IMG/VR virus record: IMGVR_UViG_3300014946_000127
DNA: 64,000 nucleotides
Origin: a virus
Direction: 5' to 3' (one strand)
The translations under genes were made by a program, and so were the position numbers. Below the pieces are notes generated by a model. The model saw only the letters and a program-made list of their open reading frames with translations, was not told where the DNA came from and did no database searches. Below are positions 28,506-38,433 of this stretch, piece by piece (positions within the stretch are counted from its first letter, which is position 1; the number at the start of each line of letters is the position of its first letter).

Positions 28506-28565
28506 TTTTACCTATGCTGTCAAACCACCGCTTGCTTGGCAAATTTGACAGCATTCCATCAAACA

Positions 28566-28988
28566 CTATTGATGGTTGGCTAATAATTCCGGATTATCGT
28601 AAATGTTTCCTAATATTTTAACATCACTTTCTGTATCTGTATGCAAATCACTAATTGCATAAAATCCAGCATCTTCAAAATCATTTTCTGTAACATTGAA
28701 AATAAACCCACCTTGATGCCATTCTACATAACCTTTCAAATAGTGCTCTTGTTCTCCATGACAGCCATAAGAAAAGAATAACCATTCTACAATATCCCCT
28801 TCGTAAATTTCTTTTCCGTTCTTATCTAACAAGCCGGTGAACTGACCTACGGTATCTATATCTACTTCTATCGAAGACAGATCAATTGAATCAATATCGT
28901 TGATGTAGTCTTCATCAGCAAGGAATCCATATACCCATTTTTTGTTATCAATTCGCTTTCCTCTAAATTTAATAGTTCTCATACTCAA
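28566..28988 (-). CDS. YopX-family phage protein
   Basis: 140 aa. IKFRGKRIDNKKWVYG...GQFTGLLDKNGKEIYEGDIV matches the YopX signature. Confidence 0.65.
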   Translation of the reverse strand: MSMRTIKFRGKRIDNKKWVYGFLADEDYINDIDSIDLSSIEVDIDTVGQFTGLLDKNGKEIYEGDIVEWLFFSYGCHGEQEHYLKGYVEWHQGGFIFNVTENDFEDAGFYAISDLHTDTESDVKILGNIYDNPELLANHQ

Positions 28989-29389
28989 AACAAACTTGCT
29001 TGTTCATATTTAGGTTCTTTCTTCTCAACTACTCCGAACTCTGTTATTTCAATACCAGTTTTTTCAGTAAGCCACTTTGCCAAAATATGACGATGGCAAA
29101 AATCACCCGGTTTTTCGTAACAACAGAGAGCGACATCTTTGCCTTCACTTAACATTTCAATTTGTTTCACGACTTGGTTCGCATCTTGGCTTGCCAATAT
29201 TCTGTCGTAAAGTTTTAGGTATTCATCGTGGGAACAAGGTCCACTTACCATATAACGAGTCGGGCAAACATTCAGCATTTGTGGAATACCAGCTATAAAT
29301 CTGGGTTTTCCGATTGCTACGCAAATCATATTAACTTCCGCCTCTTTCAGTTTTCGGATATTACCGAAATACGATGTAAAAATCTTCAT
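28985..29389 (-). CDS. DUF488-like protein
   Basis: Probable start MKIFTSYFGN. C-terminus ...VALCCYEKPGDFCHRHILAKWL resembles the conserved DUF488 end (LLC-E...CHR). Confidence 0.5.
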   Translation of the reverse strand: MKIFTSYFGNIRKLKEAEVNMICVAIGKPRFIAGIPQMLNVCPTRYMVSGPCSHDEYLKLYDRILASQDANQVVKQIEMLSEGKDVALCCYEKPGDFCHRHILAKWLTEKTGIEITEFGVVEKKEPKYEQASLF

Positions 29390-29420
29390 TTTTTTGTTCT
29401 TTTTACGGTGTAAATATATA

Positions 29421-29447
29421 AAAAGTATATGAAATTCATGCACTTTT
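29421..29447. promoter_or_regulatory. Palindromic motif copy 3
   Basis: AAAAGTATATGAAATTCATGCACTTTT immediately upstream of the DUF488-like gene start. Confidence 0.45.
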
Positions 29448-29466
29448 AGTGCTAAAATTGTCTAAA

Positions 29467-29718
29467 CTACCACGTTTTTATTATTTCTATGACTTTTTCA
29501 TATTCTCCAGCGTGTAACAATGACGCTTCGGTATGGAAATTTATATCAGTTAATCGATATTCTATAAGTAAACAGGTATATTCATCACCAATTTTGCGAT
29601 GGTTTTGATGTTTCTTGGCAAGTGATTCCAATTCTTTGCAAGATAGACAGTAGTGATTCTTGCGATTAAGATTCCGCATCTTATTAACATCTTCTTCTTT
29701 CAAATCTTCGTATGTCAT
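29467..29718 (-). CDS. Hypothetical small protein (Cys-containing)
   Basis: 83-aa ORF. Confidence 0.4.
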   Translation of the reverse strand: MTYEDLKEEDVNKMRNLNRKNHYCLSCKELESLAKKHQNHRKIGDEYTCLLIEYRLTDINFHTEASLLHAGEYEKVIEIIKTW

Positions 29719-29874
29719 GGCTTAATCCTCCTCAAATTCGTCTTCATATACAAAAATATGTTTACCACTTCCACAAATCTCGACTTCCCATTTATGTATG
29801 TTCGGCCAATATTCGATTAGAATTATGTTTCTATAGCCTTTATATGGCTCTTTCAATGTTGCTGTTCTCATTGC

Positions 29875-30300
29875 TCATGATTTATGTGATTTGATACTCG
29901 TTTCTTTTAGCTTAGCGAAATAATCAATCCGATCTTTGTCTTCATATCGCAATCGCTGGGAACATCTTTCTATGCTGTCTCTCTGTTTTTTACTAAGCAT
30001 ATCTGCATGTTTAGCCCATTCGATTGAACCGGCAGGAAGAAACTCAAACTTAGGGAAAAATTTTGTTTCATATGAAAACCTCACTATTCTAGCATATTCC
30101 CTCAAATCGTTTGTTTCTGGGTCTGTGGAATTAGGGGTCTCTATTGATTCACATACAATTACCATACAGGGCTGGTATAGAAACACAATTTTATTTGCTT
30201 TCATTGCTTTTAATGCTAAAAATGTGGATCTATATAGTGATTTTGATAATGCAACATAAGCAGAACTCCATCTTTGTAATGCTGCCCTTCTGCTACCCAA
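29875..30300 (-). CDS. Hypothetical protein
   Basis: 141-aa ORF. Confidence 0.4.
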   Translation of the reverse strand: MGSRRAALQRWSSAYVALSKSLYRSTFLALKAMKANKIVFLYQPCMVIVCESIETPNSTDPETNDLREYARIVRFSYETKFFPKFEFLPAGSIEWAKHADMLSKKQRDSIERCSQRLRYEDKDRIDYFAKLKETSIKSHKS

Positions 30301-30644
30301 TATCCATTCCTTCTTTTGGTGAACACTTTTGGTGCTCCTTCCAATTCTGGTAGGACTTCATATTCGCTGGCATAATAGTCTATACATTTGGTTTGATTGA
30401 AAGTAACTTCAATCTTGCATGGAGAAATAATTTTAGTAACTGTTGCCGCTCGTTTATCCGAGTAATAGCAGACCGTACAGCCAAGTCCAACTTCGGGTAC
30501 GAGATTTTTGATTGCGTCCAACTTCGCTTTTTCCTTTTGCTCTTGCCAATCTGAGAATTTTATACCGCCGGGATATTTGCGACTTTCTATTTCGTGTAGA
30601 ATAGCAAAACTCCCCTTGCTTGTTAATTTCTTTGATATTTCCAT
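30216..30644 (-). CDS. Hypothetical protein
   Basis: 142-aa ORF, overlaps the previous ORF in another frame. Confidence 0.4.
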   Translation of the reverse strand: MEISKKLTSKGSFAILHEIESRKYPGGIKFSDWQEQKEKAKLDAIKNLVPEVGLGCTVCYYSDKRAATVTKIISPCKIEVTFNQTKCIDYYASEYEVLPELEGAPKVFTKRRNGYWVAEGQHYKDGVLLMLHYQNHYIDPHF

Positions 30645-30655
30645 TGCTCTGTATT

Positions 30656-30940
30656 TTATCCGTTATACGTTGATGTTATTTCTTCTGCACGGAGTTCTTT
30701 TCTTAACTCACCGTTCCTATATATTCTCACGGCTACTATTCTAACTGTATCGGATAGGAAACGCCCGCAGTCATTAGCTAGCTTAACTTGTAATTGAATA
30801 GCTTTTGCTAAATTTTTAGTACGCTTTCTTATGGTTTTCTTGAATCCGAAAACATAATCTTCGGTATCGATTTCGAACTGGTAGGTGTCAGAGTGTAGTA
30901 TCTGACTCAATTCAGCTGTCATTTGTTGTATTCTATTCAT
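30656..30940 (-). CDS. Hypothetical protein
   Basis: 94-aa ORF. Confidence 0.4.
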   Translation of the reverse strand: MNRIQQMTAELSQILHSDTYQFEIDTEDYVFGFKKTIRKRTKNLAKAIQLQVKLANDCGRFLSDTVRIVAVRIYRNGELRKELRAEEITSTYNG

Positions 30941-31030
30941 TGCTCTTATTGTTTAAGTGGTTATTTTGGATATATAAAGATACAAATAATATATTGAATA
31001 TCAGTAGTTTGTGTTTAAAATATTGCTTAC

Positions 31031-31264
31031 TTAAACTTTGTTTAACTTTTTGTCTCTCAGCGACTTTTGGTCAAGTATCTGTGCAAACAAACCAGTTGCA
31101 AACACTATTTCACGTCCATACTTATCCTTGCATCGAATGTATATATCTGCATCTTTACCAGACATATAAAGCTCATACAGATTATTGTATGGACGAATGC
31201 AATCACGGAACATTTCCGATGCTGTCTTTGGCTTACGATAACCACCTCTGCCCATACTTTTCAA
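31031..31264 (-). CDS. Hypothetical small protein
   Basis: 77-aa ORF. Confidence 0.35.
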   Translation of the reverse strand: MKSMGRGGYRKPKTASEMFRDCIRPYNNLYELYMSGKDADIYIRCKDKYGREIVFATGLFAQILDQKSLRDKKLNKV

Positions 31265-31508
31265 ATAATAATGATTTACTTTTCTCTATCTCCTTGTCTG
31301 TGTCGATTCCGAGTTGTTGATAGAAAACAGAATTACCGGATAGGCATTCATGTGCTATCTTCAATGTTCTACGTTCTTCTTTGGAGAAACCAACTCGAAA
31401 AGTAGAGAATATAGCTAATGCTTCTTTCAAATAGCCGGAGTGGAGTAGGGATATAGCTTTACTTGTTTTGGTTTCCATAAGGGTAAATTTCGATGTCTTC
31501 AAAATCAT
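31233..31508 (-). CDS. Hypothetical small protein
   Basis: 91-aa ORF. Confidence 0.35.
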   Translation of the reverse strand: MILKTSKFTLMETKTSKAISLLHSGYLKEALAIFSTFRVGFSKEERRTLKIAHECLSGNSVFYQQLGIDTDKEIEKSKSLLFEKYGQRWLS

Positions 31509-31631
31509 CGTCAGTAAGGGCGATTTCTTCTGTGTTTATCATTTCTTCTACTTTCTCATGAGCGGAATCCATGTTTTCTGCTTCTACCACCACTACCTTC
31601 GAGTAGGTTTCGATTATTCTGAATTTGTATT

Positions 31632-31892
31632 TCATTCTATATCCCCTTTATTTAGTTTTGAATTTTGCAATCCTGCATGATACCCATCAATCCATATCAA
31701 CAATTCTGTGGGTTTCAGATACCCGCTTATCCTGTGACATGGAATGCTCCCTTCTATTACTCTATCCCCGGTAAATGATTCGTCGTGTATTACGAACGCA
31801 TAATACCCATAAGAGAATGACGAAGCGGTTAGATGCATTCGATTAGCATGACAGTACTTTTCTAATTGTTTTAATGCTTCTTTTTGTGTCAT
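31632..31892 (-). CDS. Hypothetical small protein
   Basis: 86-aa ORF. Confidence 0.35.
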   Translation of the reverse strand: MTQKEALKQLEKYCHANRMHLTASSFSYGYYAFVIHDESFTGDRVIEGSIPCHRISGYLKPTELLIWIDGYHAGLQNSKLNKGDIE

Positions 31893-32080
31893 AACTGATG
31901 ATTTATAGATTTTCGTTGATTTTCTTTTCTGTCCGTTTAATGAATCGTTTAATCATATCTTCTAACTCATTCCTTAAATCGTCCTTGTCAAGATATGAGC
32001 GGAAAGTTTTCGATTGTAAAATATCGATGATAGCATACGATTTTTATCCGTTAGATTTAACAATGATTATTCGTCACTTA

Positions 32081-32722
32081 TTACCCCCATAATTTTACTG
32101 CAAGATCATAATTCTTTTGAGCTTCATTTACTGCTTTTTTGGCATAAGTAAGAGTGTAGGCGTGTTCACGTGGATATTTGCCTGACTTTACACCTTCATG
32201 ATATTCTTTGGCTTCTTCCAGCTTGTGCGCATAAAAGTCAATACTTTCCGGCATAGATAGGTTGATGGTTGTAGCACGCTTGTCCCAGTATTCGGCTTCT
32301 CTTTCATGTTCTGTTGCTTTGTCGCTAAATTCAACGCTTTTACCCATGTTTCTCCAAGCATCCGCTATTGCTTTTCTGTGTCGTCTTTCGCTATGATGTC
32401 CTACTTTAATAGGTTCTCCAAGTGAAAGAAAATCTCTGTCCTTATTTGACTTTTCGAAATATCCATGACTTTTTTTATTTGCTGATACAGACCATTCACG
32501 TCTACGTTCGGCTCTACGTTTTGCCCATTCTTGTACGTTGAATCCGTCAGCCCTTACGATGGAGTAATAATAGAATCCGTCACGCTCAAATATCAGATTA
32601 AAAACGATACTTTCATTCTCTTTTCCATACTTGGTGGTGACTGTGATTTCTTCTCCTTTTTCGTGCTTCTCATCGCACTTTGCCAAAAATACGTTTGGCG
32701 CAAACTTGTAATATGTGTTCAT
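32081..32722 (-). CDS. Hypothetical protein (basic, His/Arg-rich central region)
   Basis: 213 aa. Its leader is part of repeat copy B. Confidence 0.45.
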   Translation of the reverse strand: MNTYYKFAPNVFLAKCDEKHEKGEEITVTTKYGKENESIVFNLIFERDGFYYYSIVRADGFNVQEWAKRRAERRREWSVSANKKSHGYFEKSNKDRDFLSLGEPIKVGHHSERRHRKAIADAWRNMGKSVEFSDKATEHEREAEYWDKRATTINLSMPESIDFYAHKLEEAKEYHEGVKSGKYPREHAYTLTYAKKAVNEAQKNYDLAVKLWG

Positions 32723-33075
32723 TGCTCTTATGTGTTATATAGGGCTTTCGCCCTGTCGGTTAAACTTAGAATTTTTCAATATTTAGATTACTATTAATTA
32801 TAAATCTGCGACCACATTCGCATATCACATGTGTATCGGTAATACGTGTTATTTTTCGCACTACATCATCGTGCGTTACATAATTCCCATTTTGTAAATC
32901 ACCCGAAATTCTGTATCTCAAACCTACCATTATTTCTGTTACTTTCATCGTTCTTGTCTTTTAATTGTTAGTAATGTTGTTTGTTTTAGTATTGTAAAGA
33001 TACTCATTATCAGAGAGTTATCCAAATATTTACAACCTTATTTTACTCATAATCAAGAGTTTAACTTTTGGTAAC
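32705..33075. repeat. Dispersed repeat copy B (~370 bp)
   Basis: See copy A. Includes the -33 TTTG / -7 TATCTTTA-like promoter on the minus strand and the hairpin TAGGGCTTTCGCCCTA. Confidence 0.7.
32766..32948 (-). CDS. Small duplicated protein (60 aa), copy 2
   Basis: 99% identical to the 20817..20999 product. Confidence 0.5.
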   Translation of the reverse strand: MKVTEIMVGLRYRISGDLQNGNYVTHDDVVRKITRITDTHVICECGRRFIINSNLNIEKF

Positions 33076-33222
33076 TTGAAATGAAATATGAATGAAATGG
33101 AGTATCACGGACAATAGGTTTAATCTATTGGTTTTTATTAAAGTGACCCGGCTTTTGTTTCCACAGTGATATAGCCGGGCCACCGCTCTTGTTGTTTTGG
33201 AAGAGCACGTGTATTTGGTGTA

Positions 33223-33510
33223 TTAATCTCCACAATAACGCCCGCTTTGGTTTCTGTAATACTCTATTATACCTCTTTCCATTGCTGAGTCGAATACAAC
33301 CGATTCGGGCTTTTGTGCGGATTCCAACTTTCTCATTAACCGGCGGGCTTCTTTTTCGGCTTTGCGGGCTTCCGCTTTCATCTTAAACCATGCGTTCCTC
33401 AAACAAGCACTGAATGACTGGCAGAACTCACGGCCGAGAACCGAGATAGAGCGTTTATACATTGACCATGCCATTTTGAAAAGTTGCGATTTGTCGATTT
33501 TCGTTTTCAT
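33223..33510 (-). CDS. Hypothetical basic protein
   Basis: 95-aa ORF. Confidence 0.4.
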   Translation of the reverse strand: MKTKIDKSQLFKMAWSMYKRSISVLGREFCQSFSACLRNAWFKMKAEARKAEKEARRLMRKLESAQKPESVVFDSAMERGIIEYYRNQSGRYCGD

Positions 33511-33685
33511 ATCTTTGTTTTAGTTTTATGATATAAAGATAATGTATTAGATTATGTTTTACAAATATTTCATCATATAAAACATTATGTTTATCATTAA
33601 TTAACAATGTAGTACATTATGATTTAGCCATATTCAAAATATTATTCATATCTTTGATGAAAATAATATTGTAATACCTTACATT

Positions 33686-33961
33686 ATGGAAATGAAGATT
33701 AAAGAGTTACTTTCAAAACAAGGTAAGACTGCGGTATGGTTGTCTAAACAAATAGGAGTTACTGACGTAAATACAAGAAATATTGTGAATGGAGTAATAA
33801 AACCCAAGTTAGATACACTTGAGAAGATCGCTAAGGCATTAAATGTACCCATGTGGGAGTTGTTTGTATCACCGGAAGAAGTACGCCCCAATATCGATAC
33901 TACTGTATTGACGTGTCCTAAATGTGGAGCGAAATTAAAGGTAATTGAGTCAAAAGATTAA
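33686..33961 (+). CDS. XRE-family HTH protein with C-terminal zinc ribbon
   Basis: 91 aa. HTH_3-like AVWLSKQIGVTDVNTRNIVNG...LEKIAKALNVPMWELF; CPKCGAKLKV. Confidence 0.6.
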   Translation: MEMKIKELLSKQGKTAVWLSKQIGVTDVNTRNIVNGVIKPKLDTLEKIAKALNVPMWELFVSPEEVRPNIDTTVLTCPKCGAKLKVIESKD

Positions 33962-33964
33962 GCC

Positions 33965-34726
33965 ATGAACGAGGAAATAACAAAGTTATTGCTTCAATGC
34001 GACACGTTGAAAGCCCGTTTGTTGGGGCTGCGCCCATTACCACCGGATGCCCTGCAAAAGATAGAGAATGCGTTTGCCATTGAATACACCTATGAAAGCA
34101 ACCGGATCGAGGGAAATACGCTCACACTGCAAGAAACGGAGTTAGTAGTGAACGAGGGAGTTACTATCGCCGGAAAGTCAATGCGGGAACACCTTGAAGC
34201 GATTAACCACGTTGAAGCGATAGACTACATAAAGGACTTTGCAAAGGGAGGTATGGAAATATCGGAGCGCACAATCAAGGAAATACACGCTATTGTGCTA
34301 CATGGCATAGATAGAGATAATGCCGGACGTTATCGGTGCGTGCCTGTTATGATTTCGGGAAGTACACATGTTCCTCCACAGCCGTATTTGATACAACCAC
34401 AAATGGAAGCTTTTATGACAAGGTTTGCCGAAATGGAGGAACAAGGCATTCACCCGGTGCTCATTGCGGCTTACCTTCATGATGAGTTGGTACGCATACA
34501 CCCGTTTATAGACGGGAACGGGCGCACATCTCGGCTTCTGATGAATCTATACTTACTCCGCAACGGTTATACGCTGGTAAATCTCAAAGGCAGCAACGAG
34601 GACAAAATAAGCTATTACAAGGCACTGGAAGCCTCTCATACGGAGAACAATCCGGCAGAGTTCCAAAAGGTCGTTATACGGGCTGAAATAGAATCTTTAA
34701 GCCGGTATCTCTCGATTGTAGGATAG
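33965..34726 (+). CDS. fic: Fic/Doc family protein (AMPylase-type)
   Basis: 253 aa. HPFIDGNGRTSRLLMNL is the canonical Fic motif HPFx(D/E)GNGRxxR. Confidence 0.8.
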   Translation: MNEEITKLLLQCDTLKARLLGLRPLPPDALQKIENAFAIEYTYESNRIEGNTLTLQETELVVNEGVTIAGKSMREHLEAINHVEAIDYIKDFAKGGMEISERTIKEIHAIVLHGIDRDNAGRYRCVPVMISGSTHVPPQPYLIQPQMEAFMTRFAEMEEQGIHPVLIAAYLHDELVRIHPFIDGNGRTSRLLMNLYLLRNGYTLVNLKGSNEDKISYYKALEASHTENNPAEFQKVVIRAEIESLSRYLSIVG

Positions 34727-34888
34727 TATTGTCTGGATTTGAATTAAAGATTATGAATGAAGCAATGATTTCATTTGTAACTCGTTTAAGTTTATTTATT
34801 ACCTAATCACGACCTAAATTTAAAGTATAAGGCGACAAAAAAGGAGGGCGTTTTGCGTCCTCCTCGTTATGGATCCTGCTTTATATGA

Positions 34889-35221
34889 TTACCACAAAGC
34901 AACCTTTCCGCCTATTCCCAAATCAAGGGTGGCCGTTGTAATTCCCAAAGCCTTAAAAACTTTGCTCATAGTAGGAAGTGTTATTATACACTTACCGCTC
35001 TCCAACTTACAAATTTGAGAGCGTTTCACGCCTACTTTTTTGCCTAATTCCTCCTGTGTGAGGTTCTGTTTGAGCCTTTCTGCCTTGATAGCCTCTCCAA
35101 TGTAATAAGCCTGCAAATCATCTTTGAGTTGAGCTTCCATAGCGTCCCTTTCGGGAGTGCCCACCTTTCCCCATACATCATCTATCAATTTGTCTGCTGG
35201 TGTGAAATTCATCTTTGCCAT
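34889..35221 (-). CDS. HigA-like antitoxin (XRE HTH)
   Basis: 110 aa. HTH LKQNLTQEELGKKVGVKRSQICKLESGK. Directly downstream of the Gp49/HigB-like gene. Confidence 0.6.
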   Translation of the reverse strand: MAKMNFTPADKLIDDVWGKVGTPERDAMEAQLKDDLQAYYIGEAIKAERLKQNLTQEELGKKVGVKRSQICKLESGKCIITLPTMSKVFKALGITTATLDLGIGGKVALW

Positions 35222-35226
35222 ATCTG

Positions 35227-35619
35227 TTACTTTTTATCATTAAAATATTCTTTCCTTATTCTCTCTGCCTTTTCTATCTCCTTTTTAGGGGTTTTCTGCG
35301 TCTTTTTCACTATCCCGTGAGTAACCACTACCAAAGCCCCTTTCTTGGTGTCCCAGAAAGCAAACAGACGGTAACAAATTCCGTTGAAAAGCGTCCGTAA
35401 CTCCCATATATCAGAGTTTTCCAATTTCTTGAAAACGTCCTTTTCTATTAGACCACTCTGCACTCTACGAATATTATACGCTATCTTCTGCTGTGCCTTG
35501 AATGGCTGCTGCCTTACAAAACTGTTCGCCTCATCGCTTAGTATTATGGTTATCGTATGCCCGTCCATATCGTTTCTTGTTATATTTACAAAGATAATAA
35601 TTTGTTTCCAAATTAGCAA
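35227..35619 (-). CDS. HigB/Gp49-like (RelE/ParE superfamily) toxin
   Basis: 130 aa. ...IWELRTLFNGICYRLFAFWDTKKGALVVVTHGIVKKTQKTPKKEIEKAERIRKEY matches the phage Gp49-like / HigB family. Confidence 0.6.
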   Translation of the reverse strand: MLIWKQIIIFVNITRNDMDGHTITIILSDEANSFVRQQPFKAQQKIAYNIRRVQSGLIEKDVFKKLENSDIWELRTLFNGICYRLFAFWDTKKGALVVVTHGIVKKTQKTPKKEIEKAERIRKEYFNDKK

Positions 35620-35784
35620 ACAATCGTATCTGTTTTTATTCTATTTTAGAAAAATTTCTCTCTCGGCTTGCCGTTCGTCTTACTCCACCCGGCATGTAAG
35701 CTCGGAGGGGAGATGTTCAGGAAATTGGGATCCGATATATTATAAACATCGGTATCTTTATATTAATGCTTAAAATATTACGTT

Positions 35785-36084
35785 TCATATCGCCTTAAAA
35801 TCCAATCGGCCTAAATTGTCATTTATAGACTTAATGATACTTTCCTGTATCAAGGTTCCGCATTGGGTTGTTAGTTGTATAAAGTGATCTGTATCATTAT
35901 CTGATACAATTCCGTACTTGTTCTTCCAGTTGCAAAAAGAGTTCTCTATATCCCGCAATCCTGCCAACATGATTAATAACTCCCTTGTCTGTCCACTGAT
36001 GACTGCGTTACGCATGGTATCGACGCTACGATGTTCGATTACTTCTACTGTCTGCTCATCTTGTTTTAATTCGGTTGTTTCCAT
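35785..36084 (-). CDS. Hypothetical protein
   Basis: 99-aa ORF. Confidence 0.4.
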   Translation of the reverse strand: METTELKQDEQTVEVIEHRSVDTMRNAVISGQTRELLIMLAGLRDIENSFCNWKNKYGIVSDNDTDHFIQLTTQCGTLIQESIIKSINDNLGRLDFKAI

Positions 36085-36291
36085 ATAAAAAAAGTTTATT
36101 GTTTAACGATGTTCGGAATAGCGGGAATCCTCCCGGACACGTCCGCTACCGGTGGGATAGCTTACTTTCACAAGCGGCTGCCCCGTCTATAATTTAACAA
36201 ACATATAAAAGCACCCTATTAGGGTAGGGTAACCCCGGAGCGGATAAACCGCCCCTTTGGATTTATAATAACTTTATGGTTATAGCTGATA

Positions 36292-37122
36292 TTATGCCGA
36301 GAGTTTGGTATTGAACAATTCAATGACAAACTTTCTGCCTGATTCGGTCCAATACATGTGTTCTCTTGATTTCTGTACTCCGTTATCCATATAAGGATAG
36401 GGGACATGTTTGGTAAATCCTTTACTGCGGTATTTGGCTGTGAGGAAGTAAACAGAAGATTGTCTGTATTGAACTCCCCATTCACATAGTAGTTTGTTCA
36501 GCTTTATAGCCGATACACCTAAGAATGCCGCTATCATGTTTGTCGTCACAAGTCCTTCACTCGACATGATTTCATCGTAACATTTACCTTTGGGGGCGAG
36601 GACCTTTATAGTATCGTCCTTTATGGATATTTCCTCGTCTTTTCTCTCGATGATAATTTGTTTCTGGGCATTTTCAACTTCGAGCTGCTTTAATCGTTCT
36701 TCTCTTTTGGCAAGAGTGGCTTGTGCAATGGTTAGCGCACGTGCCATGATTTCTTCTGGTGTGTCTTCTTGCTTGGTGGAGATGTAGCCGCCTGTGGTGC
36801 GGATAGCAGGTAAAACTTCGGAAGTCACCCAACGTTTGAATGCTTTTGCAGTGGGTAATTTGCTACCAAATACAAGAGAATATACTCCACTTTCATTGAT
36901 AATTGTTGTACTTTGTTTAAATCCTTGATTGTCAGGGATAGCGTGTTTTGCGCTATCCTCATTATCAACGTGTTGTGAGATTGCAGAAACAGGATTTGAA
37001 TATCCTAATGCAATTGCGACATCTCTGCCAACGAAATAGGGTTGATTGTTGACTTCAAGGGCACGGATTTTTCCGAATTCAGATGATTGGAATAGCTTTA
37101 ATTCATTCATATCTGTAACCAT
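36292..37122 (-). CDS. Antirepressor (Bro-N domain + KilA-C domain)
   Basis: 276 aa. N-term ELKLFQSSEFGKIRALEVNNQPYFVGRDVAIALGY...AKAFKRWVTSEVLPAIRTTGGY is Bro-N. The C-terminal region resembles phage antirepressor KilAC. Confidence 0.7.
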   Translation of the reverse strand: MVTDMNELKLFQSSEFGKIRALEVNNQPYFVGRDVAIALGYSNPVSAISQHVDNEDSAKHAIPDNQGFKQSTTIINESGVYSLVFGSKLPTAKAFKRWVTSEVLPAIRTTGGYISTKQEDTPEEIMARALTIAQATLAKREERLKQLEVENAQKQIIIERKDEEISIKDDTIKVLAPKGKCYDEIMSSEGLVTTNMIAAFLGVSAIKLNKLLCEWGVQYRQSSVYFLTAKYRSKGFTKHVPYPYMDNGVQKSREHMYWTESGRKFVIELFNTKLSA

Positions 37123-37391
37123 TTAAAGATATGTTTGTGGCAAACGAAAAGCGGCTGCCATATACGCTGGTTACAGATGGTGAAATACCCTCGAAGAGCA
37201 TACACAATATCTACGTATAGGCAACCGCCAATATGTAAAAGTATAGGCATAAAAAAAGCCCAACTTCTATTGAGCAAATTAACCGCTTGCTCTGCGAGGT
37301 AAATGCAATTACCATCTGTAACCATTACAAAAGTATTGAATTTTACGAGGTAATGCTAATTATTGGTCACAAAATTAGAGCATGGAATCTT

Positions 37392-37414
37392 GAAAGTGTA
37401 TGAATTTCATACAT
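37392..37414. promoter_or_regulatory. Palindromic motif copy 4
   Basis: GAAAGTGTATGAATTTCATACAT upstream of the antirepressor gene. Confidence 0.4.
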
Positions 37415-37655
37415 AATTCAATATTATTAACCTTTGAGGGCTATTATACGATTTCCTAAGGCAGTGAATCCTAAGGCGAAATTCCGTTTAATGCAAAATT
37501 ACAATATTCACAAATAATGAAGTGCACCACCAGAAAACGTAAAAAGAAAGCGATGAAAAATTAATCTCACCGCTTTTTATATGCCTCAAAATAGACGTGT
37601 GTAAACAAATGCCAAATTAGAGTTGTACAAACATCAATTCTTTAAATCAAAGGAA

Positions 37656-37985
37656 TTATCCGTATTTTATCGAGCAAGCCACAAACAAGGCCATAGCGCC
37701 GAATATGGCACTTGCTACTGCGATGATGGTAGTTATAATCCATTTCCAGTCTATGGGATTGCGTAAGTTAGGATTGGTGGCAAAATAAATTTTTCCATAT
37801 TTCGTTATGCGGACATCTTCAAGTTCATGCCCCTCGTTCCATAGACCTTTGACAAGACCTAATCTTTCCAGCGAGTCTACGCACGAAATGAATATATGGT
37901 GCGGATAAGTGTTTGGGCAGACAATCCCGCTGCTGATTAAACGCAACACTTGCTTCTCCTGTTTTGATAGCTTGATTTGCTTCAT
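37656..37985 (-). CDS. Small tail-anchored membrane protein
   Basis: 109 aa, C-terminal TM helix WIITTIIAVASAIFGAMALFVACSI. Confidence 0.45.
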   Translation of the reverse strand: MKQIKLSKQEKQVLRLISSGIVCPNTYPHHIFISCVDSLERLGLVKGLWNEGHELEDVRITKYGKIYFATNPNLRNPIDWKWIITTIIAVASAIFGAMALFVACSIKYG

Positions 37986-37995
37986 GACCGTTTCT

Positions 37996-38433
37996 CTACA
38001 ATGACAGCAAAAACTTATACGCTTTAAGATACTTGTTCAATCTCGGTAAGTCTTCCTCTATTATTTGAGGTAAACGGGTTACGTCCAAATTGTCCTCCAA
38101 GTCGTGCAGCTTTACTTGTCTTCCAATAGGATTCAATCTACACCGTTTTATGAAATCGTCATAGATCTCATCATCGTTACGAGTGACAGAAAGTATAGCA
38201 TCCACAATATTATGAGGAAAGCCTTCCATTAGTAAATATTCAGCAGTAACTTCGGTATCTTCTATCGTGTCATGCAATAAAGCTACTATGCGCTCCTCAT
38301 CTGTTTTGCATCGGTTTGCCACACGGATAGGGTGGAAGATGTAGGATGCTCCAGCTTTATCGGTTTGTCCGCTATGGGCTTTGACGGCGATTTGAAGGGC
38401 TTTTTCTAATAGTGAATTTTTAGTACATGTCAT
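37996..38433 (-). CDS. Small alarmone hydrolase (RelA/SpoT/Mesh1-type HD domain)
   Basis: 145 aa. KAHSGQTDKAGASYIFHPIRVA ... ALLHDTIEDTEV ... KLHDLEDNL reproduce the HD-domain (p)ppGpp-hydrolase signature motifs. Confidence 0.75.
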   Translation of the reverse strand: MTCTKNSLLEKALQIAVKAHSGQTDKAGASYIFHPIRVANRCKTDEERIVALLHDTIEDTEVTAEYLLMEGFPHNIVDAILSVTRNDDEIYDDFIKRCRLNPIGRQVKLHDLEDNLDVTRLPQIIEEDLPRLNKYLKAYKFLLSL

